From Geosiphon pyriformis uo1 (Eukaryota > Fungi > Glomeromycota), in contig JAAOMT010000057.1 of assembly GCA_016748015.1 (NCBI GenBank), positions 452,763 to 516,762 on the forward strand: 64,000 bases of DNA. The letters run 5' to 3'. Below the pieces are notes generated by a model that was not told where the DNA came from, searched no databases, and saw only the letters and a program-made list of their open reading frames with translations. Shown here one piece after another: positions 55,587 to 64,000 of the stretch. Each line of letters begins with the position of its first letter. Positions within the stretch are counted from its first letter, which is position 1. Position numbers and translations under genes: made by a program.

Positions 55587-56569
55587 TGTTACTTATAAAA
55601 AAAAAATACAAGAAAATAGTAGGAAAAAACAAATAGAGAAAATAGACCAATAAGAGAATAGTATTTAGCATATGAGCACATTGCTCAGCAATGTGAAACA
55701 TTGTCAGAGAATTACAACACATTGTTCAGCAATAAGCACATTGTTAGAAATTACAGACACATTGCTCAGCAATGTAGAGCAATGTCAGAAATCATGGCAC
55801 ATTGCTCAACAATGTAAGCATTGCTTGAGAAATTATAAAACATTGCTTGAGAATGTGAACAATCTTGTAGAACTCAAATTATATATATATAGCAGTAGTA
55901 TCAGAAGTTAGAAAATTAGTCAATTAGGCTCAAAATTAAGAAAACTGAAAGTCAGTAGGACTTTCAGAGTCAATTAGACTCACAGGTTATAATTATTAAA
56001 TATTCTTCCTTTAAAAGATAGAATACTATAACTTGAAGTAAAATTACTCTCATATTAATGTTATTATCCACTACTTAACCTGCTGGCACAATAGCTCTTG
56101 ATCACAGCTATTAACAGAATACTTATTTTTTATTTTATTTTATTTTCTTTATTTCTTTATTTTCTTTTATTTTCTTTATTTTATTTTCTTTTCTTTTGTT
56201 ATTCACTAAATTGATTAAAGAGTTAAGTGCTAAGTTATTGATGTCAAGAATAGCCTGGTAAAAGACCCCAAAGGAAGGGTATTGGAATTGAGAATTTAAG
56301 GATAGCTTACCAGAAAGGCATTTCTGCCAAGATTACCAGCCACCATGCTGAGAAAAAAATTCGATGGAATTGTGATTCTGAGAGGCTATGAGAAAGACAA
56401 CAATTAAATTTCTGTCCATTATACAAAAAACTTCACAACAAAATCTTCAGATCTACCAAACCTTCAGATAAAACAACACCTTCAGAGATACCAACACCAA
56501 TTATATTAATTGAGCACCAAATTACAGGTTTGTTATTTGATTTAAGACCCCAAATAATCACCTGTAACA
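55587..56569 (+). repeat. LTR (family 1, palindrome subtype, 5 units)
   Basis: TGTTACTTATAAAA...CACCTGTAACA, preceded by a PPT. Confidence 0.9.
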
Positions 56570-56724
56570 ACAATTCCAGCTCTGCTCAATATAACAATGA
56601 AAATAACAATAATTCGGACTCTGATTCAAAACCCAAAACATATATCGTGCTGTTTAATCTCACTAAAAAGCAGGAACTTAAATAATTCAGTGATAACAAT
56701 GAAGATATTATGTCAGAACAAGCA

Positions 56725-57102
56725 CATAATACCAATGCAGAGTTTGATTTAAGATATCCAAAGAAAGATGCTTTCAAATTGGAACCACATTTGTACACTT
56801 GTATTGATTTGAAAATAGCACTAGAAATTCTAGCAATAACAATAGTTCAATTAGCATCTAGGAGTAATCTAGCAAAAAAAGGAATTAACATTAGAGGAGA
56901 AATAATTAATGCAAAATATATAGAAAATATCATTACAATGCTATAAAATAATTCAAAAAAAGCCTACATTATAGAGCCAAATAAAAAGATAGCACAGACA
57001 ATATTCCTGTTTTTGGTTAAAATAGCTCAATTAGTATCAGTAGGAAACAAGAAAGAATTAGGAATTACAGCTAGAGGAATACAGGGTTTTGGATTCACAG
57101 GT
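56725..57102 (+). pseudogene. dUTPase domain of element D pol
   Basis: All five motifs are recognisable: NAEFDLRYP, ASRSNLAKKGI, GEIINAKYIENI, KIAQTIF and RGIQGFGFTG. One stop. Confidence 0.92.
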
Positions 57103-60100
57103 AAAATAAATGTACTAGTTAATATGGCAGAGAAAAAAATTATTGACAAGAAAGAAATTATTTCTACCTGTCAATTAATTTCCATTCCACCATATGATTA
57201 ATACATAATAGTCATAGAAAGAAAAATAAAAGACCAGATTCAGATTTTTGAGACAGAAGCAACACTTTGTAAATCAGAAAAGATTGGATTAGTCAATCTA
57301 CACATACCAGCCAAAAACCACAGACACATCAAAATTTCTATTTATAATAACACAAAAAATATCATTAAAATACTAGAAAAAACTATTATTGGATACTTAA
57401 CCACTGAAATTGAAGACCAACTGCCAAACACCATTGCAGACTTTCTACAACTGTGTGGATATATAGATATTACATCACAAACAATATATGGACAAGAAAA
57501 ATATTATCTGCTCCAACCAAAACAATTGGAACAGATGAACTTAGGAAATCTAGACCCACTACAATATATGCAGCTTAAGGTGTTACTCAACAACTTCAAT
57601 AACATCTTTGCTAATAAAAATGAATTTGGAAGAACTGACATAATTCAGCATCAAATCAAAATTGGAAATGCAATGCCAATTAAACAAAAAGCATAGAAAG
57701 TACTACCAGTTAGCCATGAGATTATTTGTTAAGAAATCAATCAGATGCTTAATAATAGATTAATTCAGTCATTAATAAGCCCATGGTTATCACCAGTAGT
57801 ATTAATCTATAAAAAGAATGAAAAAATCCACTTTTGTGTAGATTACTAGAAACTAAATGGAATAACAAAAAGAAATAGCTACTCAACTCCAAAAATCCAA
57901 AAACTTTTTGATGCTTTTGAAGGAAAAAAATGGTTTTCAACTTTAAACTTAAACAGTGGTTACTGGCAAGTAGCTATAAAACTGGAAGATAAAGAGAAAA
58001 TGACTTTTACAACTTGAAAAAAAAACTTCGAATTTAAAGTGATGACATTTGGCTTGATGAATGCTCCAGCCATATTTCAATGGCTCATAGAAATTGTCTA
58101 TACAGGACTACTATGGAAATCAGTAGTCATATATCTGAATGACACCAATGTGTTTTTAAAAATATTTGATAATCATCTATATCATCTTCAACAAGTATTT
58201 GAAAAACTCAGATGAGCAGGATTGAAATTAAATCCCAACAAATGTTTCTTTGACAAAACAAAACTCAAGTTTTTGGAACATATTGTGAGCAAAGATGGTA
58301 TCAAAACAGATTTAGATAAAATTGAGATTGTTAAGAACTTTCCAGTACCAAATAATTTTATAAAATTAAGAGCATTTTTGGAATTTGCTGAATACTACTG
58401 CCACTTTATCAAAAACTTTTCCAAAATAGCTCAATCACTACACCAACTCCAAACAAAAAACACCAAATATGAATGGACTAAAACTCAACAAGAAGCTTTT
58501 GATATATTAAGAAGAAAGCTTATTCAAGCCCTAGTATTGATCTATCCAAATCATAACAAACCATTCATAATTACAACTAATGCATCTAGTCAAGCATTAA
58601 AAGCAGTACTATCTCAGAAAGAACTGAATGGATAAAAACACCCAGTAGCTTATGTCAGTAGAAACTTAAGTTCAACTGAAAAGAACTATAGAACTCCAGT
58701 ACTAGAACACTTAGCTATCTATTAGGCTGTCATCAAATGGAAAGAATACTTGAGTCAGAAGTTTGATGTCTACACTGATTACAAAGGATTGACTTCAATT
58801 CAGAAGCAAGAATTTGCAGACAATTGTCATACCAGATAGAAAATAGAACTTTTACTATTTAATTATACAGTACACTATAAAAAAGGAAAAAAAAATGGAA
58901 ATGCCAACAGTTTGTCACTAATAAAATAAGTCTAAAAACATTTTCAATCCAAAAATATAACAAAAGATGAATATACAAAAATACCAACAACTCTAATATT
59001 ATATAAATACCCAATTGTTCAAGGAGAAATTATCTCAAAAAAAACAAAATAACATAAAACAACAATCAAAATATTTTATCAACCATCAAAATATACTTTA
59101 TCAGAAAAACAAAAAAAATCTAGATCAACCAACCAGAGTAATCACAGAACCAGAGAAAGAGACAATATTATTCAACATGTATTCAGACTCAACAGCAGAA
59201 CATTTTCACAAAAAAGCAACCATAGAAAGAATCAGAAAAAAATACTATTGGCCATCAATATATCCAAACATCATCTAATATGTTCAAAATTGTGATGCTT
59301 GTCAGAAAAGAAGAGGAACGAAACCCAGTGAATCATTAAAACCAATCAAAGTGGAACAACCATTTGATTGTATTGGAATTGACTTAGTTGGACTATTAAC
59401 AATCACCAGTAGAGACAACAGATATATTGTAGTAGCTATAGATTATCTTACAAAATGGCCAGAAGCAAAAGCCATTTAAAGAGCAGATGTAGAATCTATT
59501 GTCAAATTCATTTATCAAGATTTGATCTGTTGACATAGATGTCCAAAAAAACTATTATCAGATTAAGGAACTCATTTTGTAAATAGAACATTAGCAGAAT
59601 TAAGTCACAGATTTGAAATAAAAAGACCATTATTGTTACCATATCATCCACAAACAAATGAGTTAGTTGAAAGATTCAACAGAACATTGTGTAAAACAAT
59701 AGCCAAGATTAGCCAAGAAAACCAGAATGAATGAAATTTATTTATACCATCAGTATTATTTGCTTATTGGACAATAAAACAAGACATTACACAAGCAACA
59801 TCATTTGAATTAATATACAGTAGAACAGCAATATTACCAGTTAAGATAGAAGTCAAAACATATCCAACAGAATCAATAACAAAAGAGAATTTTCAAAGAA
59901 CATTGTTGAAAAAAACATATAACTTAATAGAGACACTAGAAAACAAATGGTGAAAAGCAGCTGATAACATCCAAAAGTCACAAGAAAAACAAAAAAAAAG
60001 ACACAATAACCAACTACCAGAGAAACCAGTCAAATTCAGAATTGGAGACAAAGTATTTCTACATTGTACCAAAACAGAAAAACAATAGAATGGAAAATTT

Positions 60101-60400
60101 GATCCCAAATGAAACAGACCATTTCACATAGAAAAAATTTTAGGAAATAGAGCTTATAAATTAAGATTAAACAACAAAATATTAACCAAAGCAGCACATA
60201 AAGATTGACTGAAATTATATCAAAACATAATATTAGCATTTACCAGTAATATTCCACAACTGGGAGCATAGAGAATACTGGTTCAACCAGATAAGATTCT
60301 ACAAGACCTGGAACCAATCATAGTTATTGAACCAAACACATCAAATTGAACAAAGAAATATATAAAAACATAGTGGATGCGACAAAAACAACAAAGAAAA

Positions 60401-61036
60401 ATGAAAATACTAGACCATATTTATACTTTAGCTTAACAATTGTTTCAGACTTTAAGTCAATAACAAGTAAACATAGAAATTATTATTAACAATCAAACAA
60501 TTTGTTATTGAAATACCAAACAAAAAAGGAAAAATACACCATACCAGTAACCACAAAAACAATCAATGAACTGGTCAGATAAAATAGTAGAAAAAGTAAA
60601 AAACACTTTTAGAAAAATAACCATCACAGTTCCAACAGAAAAACTAGTGAAAAAAAATTGGAACCAATAGATAGACCAACTTCCAATACCATACTGTTAC
60701 TATCAATTAGGACAAAAAGTAGATATTCAAAAATTATACCTTAATAAATCCAAGAAAATCTTCAATCAAAAGATAATTCAGAACATTGAAGACATTATTG
60801 GAAAGAAAACAAACTTGACATTACATATTAAGACCATTTATTGACTACACACTATATTTCAAAACTACCCAGAAGTATTGTTACACTCTGACATAGAAAC
60901 AATAACCATCAACCAATAGGGAAAAATAAACAACTCACAAATCAAAGAAATAAAGAGCAGAGTAGAACAGACACTACTTGAAAAAGAAGTATTTGACATA
61001 ATTCAAAATGAAGATTTTAACAGAGCTTAATATTAA
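60401..61036 (+). pseudogene. ORF3 of element D (212 codons including stop), unknown function
   Basis: MKILDHIYTLA*QLFQTL...FDIIQNEDFNRA*Y*; no frameshift; the stop abuts the PPT AAAGGAGGAAATAA. Confidence 0.75.
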
Positions 61037-61048
61037 AGGAGGAAATAA

Positions 61049-61884
61049 TGTTACTCATAAAAAAAAAAACAGATATAAAAAATAATAGACCAATAAGAAA
61101 GTAGTAGTTAACACATAAGCACATTGCTTAGCAATGTGGAGCAATATTAGAAATCATGGCATATTGTTCAACAATGTGGAGTAATGTTAAAAAATTAGAA
61201 CACATTGCTCAGCAATGTGAGCATTGTTTAAGAAATTATAGCACATTACTTGGGAATGTGAGTAATCTCATAGAACATCAATTATGTATATATAGTGGTA
61301 GTATTAGAAGTAAAAAAGACAGATCTCTTAGTTTAGATTTGATTTAAGCAATCTTCCACATTACAAATATCAATAAATAATTATTTACTATCTTAATCTA
61401 CTCTCTACTATTAATAATTCATGTTAATAGTTGCTGACACTTAATTACACTAGAAAAATAGCTCTTAATCATGGTTATTGATGAGATATTAATATGCAAA
61501 TTACTTTGACTTATTTATTATTATTTTTTCTTGTTTTATTTTCTTTGTTGTTTGTTAACTTAATTAAAAAATTTATATGTAGAGATACTGACATCAGAAT
61601 ATAGCACTGGTAAAAGACCCAGGAATAAGAGTAGACACTCAGAATTGAAAATATCTTATCAAGAGGATTATTGGCCATTACACTAAGAAAAAAAATTAAT
61701 AAAACTGTGGTTTTGGGAAGCTATAGATAAAACTATCAATTAAATCTCTGTCTATTATACAAAAAACTCCATCAAAACCTTCAGATACAAACAACCTACC
61801 AATATTACCAACCAGAACAACTGTTAAAACACCAAGTTATGGGTTTGTTATTTGCCTTGAGACCCCAAATAATCATTTGTAACA
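61049..61884 (+). repeat. 3' LTR of D (836 bp, 4 palindromic units)
   Basis: TGTTACTCATAA...ATTTGTAACA, following the PPT. Confidence 0.92.
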
Positions 61885-64000
61885 CTATTAACACAAACTA
61901 CTTTATAGTGCCACAGATTTTGAACCAGTTTATCTGTGGACTATGTAGTAGCATTCTTCAGTGCATACATCTATTACATTCACAAACACTTTAAGATATA
62001 ATTATTCATATCAGAGATTTCAAATTACCCAAGCTAAAAGCCAATTACATTCAAGCTATTAATCTAGTAATAAATAGATTATTTAACTTGGACTCCAAAT
62101 TGAAACAATTCAATAATTCTATTAACCAGAAATTAGAAGAATACTTAGTTAACAATTAAGCAATATATTAATCTCTACAATATTGTAACCATTCAGAAAT
62201 TTTCAATTAGTTCCAAAATTAGTCATGTTTTTTTTTATCATCTTATTAATTATGGCCACAAAAAATGTGTATCTGCCATAATTGTAATAAATAAAGCCAT
62301 TTAAGGATTGATTGCCATGCCAAAATTAATAATCAATAATCGGAAAATCAATATTGAAACCCCAATTACTGATTTTAAACTCCAAATTATTAACCAAATC
62401 AAGACCCATATCAATTTTATTACATCCTAATAACACAACAAGCAATATACTCACTATCAATTTATTAGTCTTTAGTATTAGTAATATATTAACTGCAGCC
62501 ACAAGTCATCTATAAACCCCAATTATTTCAAACACCACCACAAAACTTATATAAAAACAGAAGCCAAAGGCCAAAGATCATTCAAATTTGACAGAATTAG
62601 AGATTGGCAATAGTAATACACCAATTAATTTCCAGTTTATCAAACCAATTATTGGGAACATGACAACAAAATTCAGAAAACCACTATGTCTAAAACCCAA
62701 ATATTCAAAACTATTTAAGTCTTTTTATTACACCAGAAAATGTTTTAACCAACAACCAGAAATCAATTAACTTACACTTATCAACAATATTTTATCTGCT
62801 ATCATTACAAACAACAAATTGCTCACAGCCATATTTTTTTTCGAACTGAAAGAACCAATAACAATTCTTTTATTTAATAGAGCAGTTTTTAATACTAAAC
62901 CAATTACCACTATGTATATCAATGCCAAAGTAGATGGCCAATCTATTAAACTCATTCTTAATAGTGGATCAGCAGACAACATCATCATATAACAATTCAT
63001 GAACCAATTAGGTTGCCAAGTTAATTGAACTGTTAGCATAAGAATAATTATTGCTAATAGAGCAATAAAGACTTCAATTGGTGAAATTAATAACTTTTTC
63101 TTTGAAGTTAATGGCATTATTGCATCAATTAAAGTCCTAATTATGGAAGCCACTTAGTACTAAGTGCTAGTTGATAATGATTGGCTGTCCAAAACCAATA
63201 CTGTACTTAACTAGAATACTCAAAAGCTACAATTCAGTCATAATAATTTGCAAACTTAAATACTTGCTATTTGTGGTCATTTTAAATCATTTACTATGTA
63301 ATTATAGCCACTAATTAAATTTGAAGAAGAAATAAACAAATCTATCTGAGAAGCCTATCAAGTTTTATAAACTGAAAAAAAATACAATAAGTTATCATTC
63401 ATACCAAACTAAGAAGAAAAAAAAATGTTCTAAGCAACCACCTTTACATATACTTTGTACACTACTATTAATCAAAACTAGCCAATCTATTGTTGATCCA
63501 AACTAATTTGTGTTAATTGTAATAAGAAATTGTTAACAATAGGCACATATTGTGGTAACAATAAGAAATGGCCAATAGCAATCAAGTATTATTGTCACCT
63601 ATGTGTTCTTAAACACTTTAAATAATTAAAAAGATAAAGAAAATAAAACAACAAACCATGTCTTGCTTGTAGAAAAACTTTTTTAGACAAAGAAACATGA
63701 AATAACATTCTTGGTTGTAAAAAAATGTGTGCCAAATTATGCTAATACACAATTTTTATCAGTGATTAGATAAAAAGAGGAATGCCAATAGACACTGTTT
63801 GAAGGAGAGCCATAAAATATTTAGATGATTGTTTATACAATAATAATGAAATCTGGTGAATGGCAATTGCCAAAATCGAAAACATGTTTTCAGAAAAAAT
63901 AAAAACAATTAAAACAACACACCAGAACCTAAAAAAATTATTTGGATTTTAAACTCTAATATTATTTTTAATGTTATAGATCTGAAACAATTTTACAAAC
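61885..64000 (+). mobile_element. Ty3/Gypsy element E: gag C-terminal half, CCHC, PR, Cys-rich region (continues beyond the window)
   Basis: QILNQFICGLCSSIL, CICHNCNK*SHLRIDC (~62267-62315), YINAKVDGQSIKLILNSGSA (~62915-62975) and CVNCNKKL..PCLACRK (~63510-63680). Confidence 0.88.

Larger units (their letters stand above)
53877..56569 (+). mobile_element. Non-autonomous Gypsy derivative C: PBS, gag start, tandem arrays, pol linker and dUTPase stub, PPT, 3' LTR
   Basis: The gag start GFAKSLF matches A. The stub EQYIMLLDL..FSNNNESIMSKHTHNTDARFE matches the dUTPase N-flank. PPT 55573-55586; LTR 55587-56569. Confidence 0.75.
56570..61884 (+). mobile_element. Ty3/Gypsy element D, 3' half: dUTPase-RT-RH-IN-ORF3-PPT-LTR (decayed; same family as A)
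   Basis: SPWLSPVVL, FCVDY*KLN, YLND (58132-58143), RH ITTNAS, IN IDYLTKWPEAKA and YHPQTNELVERFNRTL. LTR 61049-61884. Confidence 0.93.

Noticed and set aside
55677-55857. CRISPR-like appearance of palindromic repeats with spacers
   Set aside because: Eukaryotic DNA inside LTRs; the spacers are themselves similar to each other; no cas genes.
51677-56569. A single intact LTR element bounded by the 51677 and 55587 LTRs
   Set aside because: The U3 regions belong to different subtypes and the flanks (TTAC vs ACAA) are not a TSD.
60401-61036. ORF3 as a retroviral env
   Set aside because: Too short, with no visible signal peptide, cleavage site or TM anchor.

Overview
AT-rich, intron-containing fungal DNA. 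Gene style and the repeat families suggest Glomeromycotina, possibly Geosiphon or a relative; this is inference and was not searched. Layout: (1) 1-3422, the 5' end of a decayed Ty3/Gypsy element on the minus strand. (2) About 9.3-28 kb, an island of six spliced host genes: a Pls1-like tetraspanin, branched-chain 2-oxoacid dehydrogenase E1-alpha, an Sqs1-like R3H/G-patch protein, RER1, an RBM26/27-like PWI-CCCH-RRM protein and a G-protein beta subunit. The E1-alpha gene needs a non-canonical GA-AG intron. (3) 31-64 kb, a deep nest of dead transposons. A LINE with RT and RNase H is interrupted by Gypsy B. B carries a solo LTR (TSD GCAG) and a complete 10-kb Gypsy A (TSD CTAA), and is then broken by an LTR that has a Tc1 DD34E element in its TATA-like tract. 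A non-autonomous, repeat-filled derivative C follows, then the right-hand parts of Gypsy D and E. The most unusual system is the Gypsy family. Its order is gag(CCHC)-PR-[Cys-rich insert]-dUTPase-[possible second dUTPase-like fold]-RT-RH-IN, plus a conserved ~211-codon non-env ORF3 ending at the PPT. Its LTRs carry a variable-number array of palindromic 40-bp units. All TEs are eroded by C>T/G>A transitions. Coordinates and translations were read by hand.
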